Positions 13,168 to 25,861 of a stretch of DNA of 64,000 bases are shown here, one piece after another. The notes below the pieces were generated by a model. The model made no database searches. It had not been told where the DNA came from and worked only from the letters and a program-made list of their open reading frames with translations. The position numbers were made by a program, and so were the translations under genes. The stretch is from Lama glama. Its lineage: Eukaryota. The number at the start of each line of letters is the position of its first letter. The first letter of the stretch is position 1. Where the stretch lies: contig CM052816.1 in NCBI GenBank assembly GCA_028534125.1, positions 52,454,001 to 52,518,000 of the forward strand, written 5' to 3'.

Positions 13168-14066
13168 AAAATCTCCTAGAATCTCAGGTGCAAGCACTTA
13201 GAGGAAGAGAAATAATGGAGCAGGCCCTACTCAAGCCATGGAAAGTAATGATAGTTGGTGCTAACTAAAATTTTTAAAATAGTAATAAAATAATAATAAA
13301 AAAACCCAGCATAAACAGTGCCAGACCACTGCAGCCACCTGCTTGGTGGCGGCCTGTGACACATCAGAAGCCGAGGATCTCACAAAGACTGTCTAGTGAG
13401 ATTCATTGTTGGCTAGAGTGGTCACTCCGGCCTCACTTCTCGCTGTGGGAGATTACTTGGGTGTCAAGAGTTTTCAACCCGCTGGGAAGAGCCAGGCAGC
13501 TTCTGGGGAAAGGGAAGATGTGAATCCTACACAAGTTTGAGCCAGGTGGGACCATGAGGTCTCCTCATCTTTTAGGGAAATTGAGGCTTAGGAAGATGAG
13601 AACCCTCACCAGGTGCCACTGGGTTACAGGCTGGTAGTAGGATCCATGTCTCCTGAAACCTGTGCTCTTTTTGCCAAATCTTTTTGTCAGTGTGGGAGGA
13701 TTCAGTGACTATATTAACATTAGCCTTGAAAAGAGAGAACATGACTTAATAACCGGAGGATTTGTAGACTTTGCCCACAGTACCCAAAAAGCCTGAGCTT
13801 CTAGAGCCATAAAGTTGTAAATTTTAACTCCACCAAGAACTGGCTGGGTGACCTCTGGGTCTCAGTTTTATCATCTGCAAAACAAGGACTAATGGTGCGT
13901 TAAACTCACTCCTACAGACCATGCAGTACAGGGACTGGCCTTCATAAGCACTGACTAAATAGTTGCCCTGAGGAGTATTAATAAACGGATTAAAAAGATG
14001 TTAAGAAATAATCTATACAGGCTGATTCCTCCTCCCTGCTGGAATAACTCAAAGGAATGTGGGGAT

Positions 14067-14508
14067 TGTCAACTGAAAGAAAAACGCACAACGTAGAAGT
14101 TGTGAACTAAGTTTTATTAGGGGACCTTACTGTGAAGCATATCCCAGGAGACAGCCTCTCAGGGAGCTCTGAGGAACTTCTGCAAAGAGATTAGGGAAGA
14201 GCCAGGATATATATGAAATTTTTACTGGAAAAAAAATGTATTCAAACATAAAAAGATTACTGCTAATCACAAAGAACAGACATCTCAAGTTACTTGTTTT
14301 AAGACTTTTCTGTGAATGGGAAGATGCAAGAATCATGAAATTATTCCTTAGATATGCATCTTAACTATCCAGGGATAAAAAGAAGAATGCTTCCTCTTTT
14401 CTTCCAGCCTGATGTCCCTTCAGGGTGCACTGTCACTGGGCTGCATCAGTGGCTGATGGCTTGTTCCCTGTAGAACTAAAATAGTTGGCAACACTCTTTT
14501 CTTTACAC
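14067..14508 (-). mobile_element. Solo ERV1-type LTR (artiodactyl-type)
   Basis: TG...CA termini (TGTCAACTGAAA...CTTTACA) and TTTATT (minus-strand polyA signal). Resembles recalled artiodactyl ERV1 LTRs. Confidence 0.65.
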
Positions 14509-15059
14509 CAGGTCTGAAGGTTTACTCCTTTCCTGGCTCTGAGGTTACTATTTAAGGTCTGGTAAGTAGCATCCCTTGCATCTGTGGTCATTAACAAGAA
14601 TAGAGTTCATGTCAGCAGACATAACATAAAACAGTGGCACCTTAATTTTATTTTAAGTACTCTGTAGGCCTTTTCAAGAAAGATAGTTGTACAAGGTATT
14701 CCTAACATGTAGGTAATTTTACAGACCATTTCTTTTGATGTGGATTTTTTAGGAACAAGCAGTAACAGACCCGTTTCAAAAAGACTGTAGCTCTTGGCAG
14801 ACCATGTGAAATATTTCCCCCACAAAAATGTTCTTAAATTAACTAAATTCACTCCTTATATACAATTTAATCATACATGTTTATATATATGACATATTAT
14901 AAATAGTCAGCTTATAATTTGCTTTTTTCCCCTCTTGAATTCGAAGATTTTTCTGGTTTTCCCTTTTTAGGAAGGAGAAGCCAATGCTGAGTTTAAAAAC
15001 ACCACTCCCTGAACTGAAAACAATAGTGATATATGTATGTTAGTAAAGAAAAAAGCATA

Positions 15060-15165
15060 GTAGGTAGGTTATAGCTCAGTGGTAGAGCACAAGCTTAGAA
15101 TGCATGAGGTTTTGGGTTCAATCTCCTGTACCTCCATTAAAAATAAATAAATAAATAGAAAAAAA
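15060..15165 (+). mobile_element. tRNA-derived SINE (vic-1-like)
   Basis: TATAGCTCAGTGGTAGAG...GGGTTCAATC...TACCTCC followed by an A-rich tail. Confidence 0.85.
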
Positions 15166-16152
15166 TTAAGTATGTATAAAGAACAAAAGCATAATCACAC
15201 ACTTGCTTTTTTTAGTCTTTGAATTTGGAAAACTTCATTGCAAATTTAATTTCCAGCTCAAGAATGGCTTAAAAACAAAAAATTAATTATTCTAATTCCA
15301 CAAAACTTTCCCAACTTTGGAAAAAAACAGTGATGTGTTCTGTAGGTTTTTAAATATAAAAGAATAAATTTCTCTAGTTGTCACTTACAAAGTCTCTAGG
15401 AACCTCAATCTAGTAGTGAAAGTTCAATTCAATGACAAGTAAACAACAAAGTATTCATTTAGAAACAAAAAACTAAAAATTTGGGGCCCAGGCCAAAAAA
15501 AAAAAAAAACTAACAAAAAAAGAACTGGAGCACTGTAGTGCCCCCCACCTTATAATAATTGCATTCTCATTTATTTCTGTGAAATTAATATATGTACAAT
15601 GTTTTTTAAATGTCACAAGTATTTCAAAACATAAAATGAAAAGTAGCATCTCCTTCTCCACATCCTACCTTTCAGTCCCCTCCCCAGAAACAACCACTTT
15701 CAACTATTTTTGCAGTTTTTCCTTATTACCTCCATATTTTAAAATAATATTCTTATGCCCTAATTTCCTGATCTGTTGACTATATTGTGTATTATCTTTT
15801 ATGTTCCATGTGATCTGAAAGCTTAACCCACTGAGCACTTCCATCTCCTATCTTGCCAATCTAATGATATCACAGTTTTCATAAAATTAATCAACGATTA
15901 TGTAATTGTGGCTAGTAAAAATTATTCATTGCATAGCCACATAGTGTATAATAATAGCATTTCTTTCTTGTCACTTGAATTTTTCAATTGCATCCCCCTT
16001 TCCTGGAGAGGCAGGATATTCTAGTAGTTAGGAGTAGAAACTTTGGAGCCAGACCCTGGGATCAATTTGCTACTTATTAGGTCTGTGATTCTGAAGAAGT
16101 GACTTCATCTCTCTGCACTTCAGTTTCTTCCTCTTTAAATGAGGAAGATTCA

Positions 16153-16340
16153 GGGGGAGGGTATAGTTCAAGTGGTAGAATGCATGCTTACTTAGCATGG
16201 CACAAGGCCCTGGGTTCAATCCCCAGCACCTCTTCTAAAAAAATAAATAAACCTAATAACCTCCTCCCCTCAAATTAAACAAAACAAAATAAAATAAAAT
16301 TTTAAAAATCCAATAATAAATAAAATACTTAAAAAATAAA
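16153..16340 (+). mobile_element. tRNA-derived SINE (vic-1-like) inserted in a MIR remnant
   Basis: GGGGGAGGGTATAGTTCAAGTGGTAGA...GGGTTCAATCCCCAG followed by an A-rich tail. MIR core motif CTTCAGTTTCTTCCTCTTTAAATG immediately upstream. Confidence 0.85.
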
Positions 16341-19300
16341 TCAGAAAAATTCATAAATGTATACACATTAAAGCACTTAAGCAGTACCTAGCATGAACCA
16401 AGTATCTGGTGTTACGTTTGACTCGCTTGATTTTTTCTCCATTTGTCCATCTGATCTGCCAGAATTGATTTTTCCCAGATAATCCACCAAGTCGGACAAT
16501 GTATCAATTTCATTTTTCCCAAGAGCGTTTTCTTTCTCTCAGAGCTCTCCAGATTACTGCAATCTGCAGCCCTCAAGGCTACCACTGCATCACTGCCACC
16601 CTGGCCCACCCCCTTCCTCCTGTCTTCTGTTGAATGTCTGGCTTTCTGGAATCCTCTTTCTTGATTTACTCCCTTGTTTTGGTGAGCACCTCAGCAGCTT
16701 TGGGACTCCAATCCATTGCTTTTAACCCTGTATTGACCTTCCGTGAGCTGCCCAACTTAAAAGTTATTCATCTTCCTTTTTAACACCAATGGTTCCATTG
16801 TACCTTCATCCTACCTTTAATTCCATTACCTCCTGTCTCCTCGATTTCTCTCATCCAGACATTTTCAGTCTTTCCTTTTTATTGAATCATTCTCAAGCTG
16901 CAAACATGGTCAGATTTCTCCCAAATCAAACAACAAACAAAAATCTCATTTTGACTCAACGACCACCCTTTCCTCTTTTTTCTGTCTTAAAGCTTCTAGA
17001 AAACAAAGTTTGGTGCTCCACTCTCCTGAACCCACTCTGCAGCTTCTAAGGTCACTGTTCCCCGCAGCCCCCTGCTCCCCCCCTCCCCAGCCTCCTGCTT
17101 GCTTGGGACAAAAGAAATAACTTCTCCTTAAGATAATTTTCTTTATATCTCTTTATCCAAAGGCAGAAAGAAAATTGAATATAATTCTGCCAATCCCACT
17201 TAGAGGAATTTTTTTTTTAAAGAAATGTGCTTTTATTTTTCCAAATTCAAGTAGTGACAACAAATAAGCTAACACTATGTTGCCTGGTCAGGATTTTTAG
17301 GGGAGATGCTTTGGAGAACCAGAGAAATCTTTTGTAGTTATCCTGTTATCTTGCATGTAGAGAAACCTAATGATTCTTCAGCACTCAAATGGGTGCTTTT
17401 GAAAAGTTTTACCTCAGTATTCGAAAGATTCTCCCCTTAATACACTTCACATTATTAATTTGCTTGCCAAGCCCTTTGGGTATAAATAATACAAAGGAAA
17501 ATACTCCTATATAACACCCCGGGGAACCCAAATTCCAAGTTAATCAAGAGGGCTGAGGGTTGTTCAACAGGTTTTTCAGAATTGCTCAACACTTCTGGGA
17601 GCAAATTAATTTTTTTTAAGTCCTCTTGGGTTAAGGGCATAGTCTTCATATCAATGGAAATTATATATATATATATATTTATATTTTCTTATTTTATATA
17701 TATATTCTTATTATATAATATGTACATATTCTTCACCCTCATCTCTGAGATGTATCATGTACACTCAGATTTTGAGTTAATCTTTCTGTTAAGAAAACTC
17801 AGTGGGAATGTTTAGATAGGCTTGGCTGTTCTAATTTAATTAAAATATGTAGTAGCCTTTAAGTAGATCTTTGAAAGTTTCCAATTACTTCTCACAGAAA
17901 TAAATATTTGGGCAAATCAGGCAAATAATCAGTACAGTCATTATTCAACTTCATTATGAACTTTAAGAAAATATTTCTGAAAACAACTCATTTATGTTCT
18001 TCTGGATACTAAGGAAAATTAGTCTTACTTCTTTGGTTTTAAAACTCAATCCAAAAAACTCCCTGAAACACATTGAGAAAAGGCTTGAGGTTGGGCTGGG
18101 AGGGTAGGGGGCAGGGGGACAAAAAAGAGAGCAGGGGTCCTCTTCAGTTTTCCTGGTTGGTCAGTTCTAATTAATTTCCTGAGAGGATGAACAAGAGGTG
18201 AGCCCATTTCTTCAAACAAGAGCACTTTGTGTCGTCTTACCTTTTTTATGCGTATTTCAAGAGACTACTCCTGCTGGTTTGTTTTAAATTCACTTTACAT
18301 GATACATCCTTTGAAGTAAGCGCTCTTTGGAGGTGATCGGTGTTAAAAGACCCACAGTCAGTTAACTGCCTGTGAAACCATAGTTTCATGAAAATCAATA
18401 AAAGGCTTTCATTGGGGGTTTCACTTGAAAGGTGTTTACATTGTTCTATGAAGACTGGAAAAGTGGAAGGAGCTTTCTGAGGTTTCACAGAAAGACAATC
18501 CAACTTATTTATTCATAATAGGATTTCAGCAAGGGAAGAGCATTTTAGATTCAACAGTAGAACTTTCAATGGCTGAGAAAGATCATAAGAAAAATTTCAA
18601 AGACCATTTCATTTTTGTTTCTCTCTTTAACACAAAAGGAAGTGGGATACACACACAAGGAAGTTAATAAGTCTGAAATCAAATGAAAAGTTAAACAAAA
18701 ACAGCTGCTTTAAGGGAAAAAAAAAAGGCTGCATTTATTGAACTGTCATCAACAATAATTTTCGATACTTTTCTGTGTCTTTTCCATGCTGATTCTAGCA
18801 GGTTGAAAGCAAGATTAAACACTCTTTTCCCTCTGTTTTACTTAAAAACAGTGGGCTTCTATTCCATAACTGGACTACATTCTCCTGAAGAAGCAAATGG
18901 AGTCGGAGGCACATTTGTTTCTGACCCACCCCTCAAAGTAGGAAACCCAAAATGGGGGCGTGTGACTTGAGCCACAGGAAACTGAGGCAAGGAACAAGCA
19001 CCAAAATTTTCTGCTGGGACGTAAGACCAATTAGTGGAAAATGCAGAGTTAAGGCCACATGATAGACTTGAGGGTGAAGGGGTAGAGACAAAGGAAGGAG
19101 GAAACAGAAGACGAACCATTTAGCAGAGAAAAGTCTCGACTAAAATCTCCCCCAAGGAAAGCCTTAGACACCAATTTGTGAAAGGCCTGTGCTGTAGGTC
19201 GTCAGTCTCCCGAGGTACTTTCTAGCCCCTGAAAGGTTAATGGTGATGACTTCACACCCTCCTCCTGAGCTAAGCTCCTGAGATTTCCCTTTGAGAAGTA

Positions 19301-22300
19301 CTAGATTTCCTGCTGCTGTTATTTTTACATTCCTTTGGAACACAGAGGCTTTTGGAAGAGTAGGAGACAGAGTAGAATGTTATAGTTTCTACCCTAAGAA
19401 TAAGTGTGAGGTTCAGCGCTTGGGAGGAAGAAACACCAGTAGATGTAAAGCCTTGTTGGGTTTTTGGTCTTTAAGAATGTCAAGTGCTGACTCTACGTGT
19501 ATATCCACTGCAACCAGATTCGGAGTGGCGAACAACCTGGGCCCTGGTCAATAGGTGATGTCTGTCTCCATCATCCCTCAGGCCCTGCTCCGTGGGAGTC
19601 CCCTAGAGAACAGTACCTTAACCTAATTCCAGTTCTCTAACTCTGGGAGTCAGTTACTCAGGAAGTGCTTGAGGGCAAACAGGTCTTGGAACAGCTGTTA
19701 GTTCAGATGGGATCAAAATATTAGAATATGAACTCCTGGGTTTCGATTTTACCGTAGTTGACACTGGGGCTCCTGGATTTCAGGGAAGAGCCTGAGCCAA
19801 GAACTACCAGCTCTTATGTGATGGGAGCTGAGGGCAAAAGGGCCCCATCATGTCCCATTGATTTCCAAACTTAAATATCTTGTCTTATTTCAGCTTTTTT
19901 GTCCAAATCAGGACAAGGGGTCATAAGGGCACCTTAGGATGAGGACAGCTCATACAGTGAAGCTTGTCTTATATTTTTGTACCAGCAAATAATTCTAAAA
20001 TAAAGAAGAAGAGGTTTGGGGTTCAGAATGGCAGATTTAGTGACTGCATTCATCTCTCTTTCTCAATATCTACCTTTAACTTTTTCTGCAAGCTCAGTTT
20101 TATTAGATGCCACATATAAATGAGATCACACAGAATTTGTCTTTTTCTGTCAGATTTATTTCATAAAAATGTAAATAGTAATTGTTTTGTAGAATATAGT
20201 TTTTTACAGAAAATTTTGTTATTTTTGCTAACAAGCAATGGGTTTATTATTTTTAAAAGTAAATTACATAAATATTTAAAATTCTCCTATTTTAATTATT
20301 GATAAAGTAAATAGCTAGAACCCAAATAAATAAATGCTATTTGATGTCCTCCACAGTCTTTAAGAGTGCAAAAGGGTCCTGAATTTGAGAACTGTTCTTG
20401 CAGAGCATGGTCTTCAATTTGGGTGCAATACTCGAGGTGTACACAAGGTACATAGTTCAAAGAGTCTATTTCCAGATCCCTAACATCCACCTGTGCTCTG
20501 TTCTAGCTTCATACAATCCTCCTTTCCTACCTCCCCCTTCACAAGTGACAGTGTTGCCATAGTTGTCTTTGCCTGACACCTTCTGGTCAAAACAAAAAAT
20601 GCCAGCCTCAAAACCCAAAGAATAGATGTCAACAACTTAAAAGAAAACCCTGTGACCAGAGAGGAATCGTTTTTTAGGAAATGCTGCTTTACCAATGCTC
20701 CTGATGCTCCTGAGACCTGTCGTATGGGACAAAAAGGACATTGACTCTGAGTGGAACAGCCACCCTGACATGGTTATTTATTTTACAAGATTAAAAAAAA
20801 ACTATTATCAATAATTTTTAAAGTTCTTTCAATTAGTATAATATTTCAATTTTATATCACTAATAATTGTAACCTGTAAGATTTAAAGCCTTATGGTCAC
20901 AAGAAATTAAACAAAAAGAAGATTTCAACTTATATACATATTTTTTCATTGCAAATAATTATCAGAGTTGATATAAAAAACTTTCAAGCATAAATATATG
21001 CTACATTAGGATAAAATTTGGAGATGGGACCTGTATTGGAAATACAAATTCAAGAAGGAGGAGTGAGATAGAATTTCCTATTGCCAAAGGGAAGCTTGTC
21101 TGTGTATTTTTAATATGAATGGTTGTGCATATCAGAATCACTATAGCATTTAGATTCTATTCAATATATTTGAAAGAATGATTAACAGTTAAATCTGTGT
21201 CAATATTTTAATATGCAGGAGTTATATCCTATGTACCTACGTGAAACGTGATGAGAAATTTTAGTTGTCAAATTAGAAATGTGTGAGGAAGTACATACTT
21301 TAAAAAACTTTTACGTGGAGTATACTAGTAAAACGATGGAGAACTGCTAATGTAGAGCACTGACAGACACACAGGTGCTCACAGGATTCAACCTAGTGAT
21401 AGGGAAATAAGGTGTAGATCTGGACCAGTTGGAATTCAGTGGGATTGGAAGATGGGGTTACGTGTATTTTATCTTTTACTTTTTGCTGAGACTGGAATAG
21501 AGTCCTCAAGTCGGCAGTTCATCCTAGATGAAAGAACTCCTTAACGTGTCCCACCCTGGTTCAGACCAGCACTGTGGCTTTAAGTCCAGGGCTCTGTGAG
21601 TGGGAACAGGGGAGGCCCAGCTTGCTCAAGGACAAGGCACTGATTTGCAGTTACTATGAAACTCCTTTGAGGGCCACAGAAAGGCAGGTTAGGACAGATG
21701 AGAAGAGGAACTGAGGAAGGCAGAAGGCTGGGTTTAGGTTGAATTCAGGTCTGTTTAAAATAAAAGCTCTGACAAGCACATCCAGGAAAAGGATCATTCA
21801 AGAAATATTTAAACTATATTGGACCTCTCTCCTAAACACACACACAAACACATACCTTTTTTTTCTCCTTTTTGAGTAACTCAACTCAAAACTCCCCCCA
21901 CTTCTAGCCCACGAAATGCCCCATATTACTTTGGAATGAAGATGAAAATAATTCATTTCATCCCCTCCACATTCCATAAGTAATTACAGCAGTTTTTCTT
22001 TTTTACGGCAGCTATTGTAGCTGAAGCTTAGAGGATCCCAGGGCTGGGATCTTCCTTGGCTGATGTGAAAATTCTGTTTCCGTGGCCCCCCTTTCCATGC
22101 CTCATTCACCTCTTACACCACGGAGGCAGACTGCTAGTTGTCTGCTCCAATACCTTTCTCCCTTTCTGAGAACTCTCAAACCAGACAAGGTCAGCATCAG
22201 AAAAGAACATTAAAAATCAGTCTCATTTATGAACATACCTGGAAAAGTCCTGAATGAAACACAAGCATCACTTGAACTTACATTCCATGGGCCGGAACAA

Positions 22301-22859
22301 CAGTCAAAAGACTACATCTAGTTGCCAAGAAGACTGGAAAATATACTCTTTACTCCAGGCAGCCTTGTGCCCAAATAATCATTGGTTTTAAATTCTCAAG
22401 ACAGTCACTTCCCCCTCTCTCCACTCAGCAACAAGATCAAGATAAGCAATTTTCTTACTGGCCCCTTCTGTGATGTGCCTTCATTTCTACTTTATCCTTA
22501 CACAAAGGGCCTAGCATTTTGCAGACCCAGCTTTATAGAGAAGTCTTCTAGTAGACTCTGAGATGGGTTTTGTCACCTATCCTCCTGTATTAGACTCAAC
22601 TGTCAAAACTGAAGTTTAAGTTTATGAGGATTTGGGGATGCCGCAAGGGAAGACTATGGTCTGTTGCTTCTAAATTCCTACTTTCCTTTCTCTTTTGATA
22701 TTTGTTTGACCATCTCAGTAATACAGTTATATAATTTTAAAAATATTTACTCCAGCAGTCATAGTTGTTTTACTGGGAAGTTCATCCAGGGTATCCAGAC
22801 ACCATCCTGCCCAAGTACAAGTTCACGCTGATATTTTTAGAGGTTTGTTTAATAAAACT

Positions 22860-23345
22860 TCAAAGGAAAGCTGATATTCATCTTATACAAGTTATTTAAG
22901 AGAACAGAAAAGAAGGAAAGTTACACACAACTTATTTTACAAGACTTGTTTATTCGTGACACCAAAGCCAGACAAAGTCAGCACAGAAAGAGAAATTTAA
23001 AAATCACTCTCACTTAGAAACACATGGAATTACCACTGGAATTTTCAGTTAAATGAGCCCATAAACTCTCTTTTGTGCTTAAAACATTGTTTATAAACAT
23101 AGATGGAAAAGTCCTAAATAAAACATAAGCAAATCCAGTCCAATAGTGTATTTTAAAAGAAAATTATTCCAAAATAATTCAAGGATGATTCAATGTTAGA
23201 AAATCTATCAGTGTAATTCACCAGATTAACAGATTTAAGGAGAAAACCACGTGATCCTTTCAGCTCATGCAGAAATCACAATTGATAAATGTCAACCCTT
23301 ATTCTTGACAGACTATAAGAATTAGAAGGAAACTTCCTTAACTGA
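22860..23345 (+). mobile_element. Old L1 ORF2 (reverse transcriptase region) fragment
   Basis: Motifs CCAAAGCCAGACAAAG, CAAGGATGATTCAATGTTAGAAAATCTATCAGTGTAATTCACC and AGAAGGAAACTTCCTTAAC. Confidence 0.75.
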
Positions 23346-24499
23346 TGCACTCTACCTAAGACCCTCAACACTCATTTGCACTGTGGTCAAAATCTGCACA
23401 ATTAGAAGCTAGAAGTGGCCCTGCCTTTGATATGAAAGAAACACCAGGAAAGTGTCAGGCTGCTTGTCCAGGTCTAGGTGGTATGACATATATATTCCTC
23501 CCAAGGAAGCAATTTCTCCCAAGTCACATCATCCCAGAAGAGCAGGGAGCCTTTTCCCAGGTTTCTCACTGTTCCTTCAGTCTGGTCACTAACCATCACC
23601 ACTGGACAGCCAAAGATTGGCAAATGTAAGAGCAGCCCTCATGATCATCTAGTTCAATTCACTGATCTTACAGTGACACCTCACAGGTCCAGAGTAAAAT
23701 GCCCAAAGTAAAATGTCAGTGGTCACCTGGCTCAGCTAAAATGGCATACCTGGAACTGGGACGTAGGCCTTGTGACACTCAGTCCCATGCTCTTTAACTT
23801 GCCTCTTAAGAGCAAAAACAAATTTTTCTTACTTTCTTATGCAGCTTAACTCTCTCCTTTAAATATTTTGGGCCCCTATGGACACTCATGTGTGATTTAC
23901 CTTCTAGCTCAAGTAGCAATAGTGTCAGGGACTGAAGGAAGGGTGGATGGCAGATGGGATTAAATGAACTGGGGACATTCCCAGGAGGAAAGCAATGCCT
24001 ACCTTTAGGATCATTCTAGCATAGAGAGTTAGCGAAGCCCGAGTGGGCTCTGGAGAAGGAGATCCCACCACAGGGGGCAAGAGGGACAGCCCACTGTGCC
24101 CACTGTGCCTGACTGTGCGGGTGTAGATGGCACCAGTCCCACCATACCCACTGTGGATTTGTGCATTCATTACCGCCATCTTCAGGCAGATGGCAGGACA
24201 GTATTCTGGAAATTGTGTCTGCTTCCAGTTCTTACATAGGTGCCACTGGGCTACCTGTACTGCTGAGGAAAGGGTCCGACTGTAGCAGGGCTAGAATAAG
24301 ATCTGGAGATGGACCAGCCTTGCCTGATTCTGGAATTGATATCTGGGTGCCAGGGAAGATGCTGTATAGCAGGAAGTCCTGAGGGGCCAATGGATCCTGA
24401 GCTCCAGCTCTTCCTGGACTTTTCTTTTCAATCACCTCTGCCAGGAATCAGCTGGACACCCACTGTCTGTTCTGCATCCAGGCTTCTATCTCTGGTGCC

Positions 24500-25861
24500 T
24501 GCTGGCCTCAGCCTTCTCTCTTCTCTGCCACATCACCGCCCCCAACTGCAGTCTCCACAGCCCGATTTTCACTAAGTGTCTTTGGAATCTATAAGCATAA
24601 CTGCCTTACTAGGAAGTAATTACTTTGGCATTTTCCAGGGGGAATGCTTCTGTCCATGAAGAAAAAAAGATATGACATGACTGGCAGCATGCTGTGCAGA
24701 AATTTAAAAGCTTCTTGGGGGAAAAAAGAAATTCTTAAAGAGTTGTCAGATTATAAACAGATCAAAGCTACAAAGAAGTTTTTGGAGGAATCCAAGATAC
24801 AAATAAGAATAAGAATCTCTTCGAAAAAATGGTCTTAAAGATGTAATCAAAGTGCTTGAAGGAACAAATCAAATGCCAGTGGTAAATCCACTTGTTATTT
24901 TAGGCCCCAAGAACAGGAATGTAAAGAACCAGGAGAAAGTATTAGATTGCAAGAACTCAGTGGAAATGTTACTAGTTTTTACAAGGACTTTAGCAAACTT
25001 TGAGTTGAAAAGAGCCTTTAATGAAGTTAATTTTAGTAAAGAGACAAAACCTGGATTCCCAAGAGTTAAAAAAGAATATCCTGGACTTAGGAAATTTGGA
25101 CACTTACATCTGGAAGCAGAAAACTGAAATGAGCTCAGTGATCTAATAAAACATACTCAGAAATTTCCAAAAGACAGAGCAAGTGCTTTTGCTCACACAC
25201 ACACACACACACACAAAGAAATTCAGGTTTTGAGTAATGACATTGTGCAGCTGAAAGCTGGCAGGTGACCAAGCTAAGAAGTTAAAAAAGATGATAGATG
25301 GCTCAAAAAAGGAATCTTTGTTAACAATAGTTGAAAAAGACAAAGGCCATTTCCAATCTAAACTAAATGCTGAGTTGCTAGCTCGGCAAGGGCTGGAAAA
25401 CAGAAAAGTTGGAACACAAAACTTGCTCACTTATTTAAGCCAAAGTGCTACTGGAAAATGTACACAAACCTTTGCATCAGAAAGCTGATATTCTTAATAA
25501 ACTCTTGGACAGAAAGGCAGTATTTTTCCAAAGAAGCTGTTTCAGGAAGAATAAGAATAAGAAGAGAAGAGCAGAAATACCAGCTGAGAGTCAGTGAAAT
25601 TTCATTAGTGGAAAATTCAAGAAGTGGAAAATGAAGTACAGAAAACAAAGATCTTGTGAAACCCAGATTTCCCTTCATGATAAGAAAGGTCACGACAGCT
25701 GGCTGACTGCACGTACTGCAGAAGGAGGTCTAGCGAGAAAAGGCAAGTTGCCAGCCCAAGACAGATGTTCTCAAAGGAGAATAATTTTTCAAAGCCAGCG
25801 AATGTCCAGCCAACTTCAGGAAGACCATAACAACAGAAACTTTCAAAGGGAAATTCACTAA
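24500..25861 (+). pseudogene. SPZ1: SPZ1-like (spermatogenic leucine zipper 1) single-exon pseudogene
   Basis: Colinear peptide blocks resemble recalled human SPZ1: PDFH*VSLESISITALLGS, AVQKFKSFL, KEILKELSDYKQIKATKKFLEESKI, NQEKVLDCKNSVEMLLVFTRTLAN, LEAEN*NELSDLIKHTQKFPKD, DQAKKL and KQRSCETQISLHDKK. In-frame stops at 24573 and 25125, plus several frame changes. Position is syntenic, divergent from SERINC5 exon 1. Confidence 0.82.

Noticed and set aside
14971..15034. Possible + strand exon (ccctttttag...gtatgt; KEKPMLSLKTPLPELKTIVIY)
   Set aside because: Isolated, with no partner exons. It overlaps a minus-strand acceptor with a perfect branch point, which I consider the better candidate.
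16153..16235. tRNA-like sequences with A and B boxes (also near 8630, 15065, 49480, 54370 and 63495)
   Set aside because: Degenerate stems, AT-rich tails and target-site duplications identify them as SINEs, not tRNA genes.
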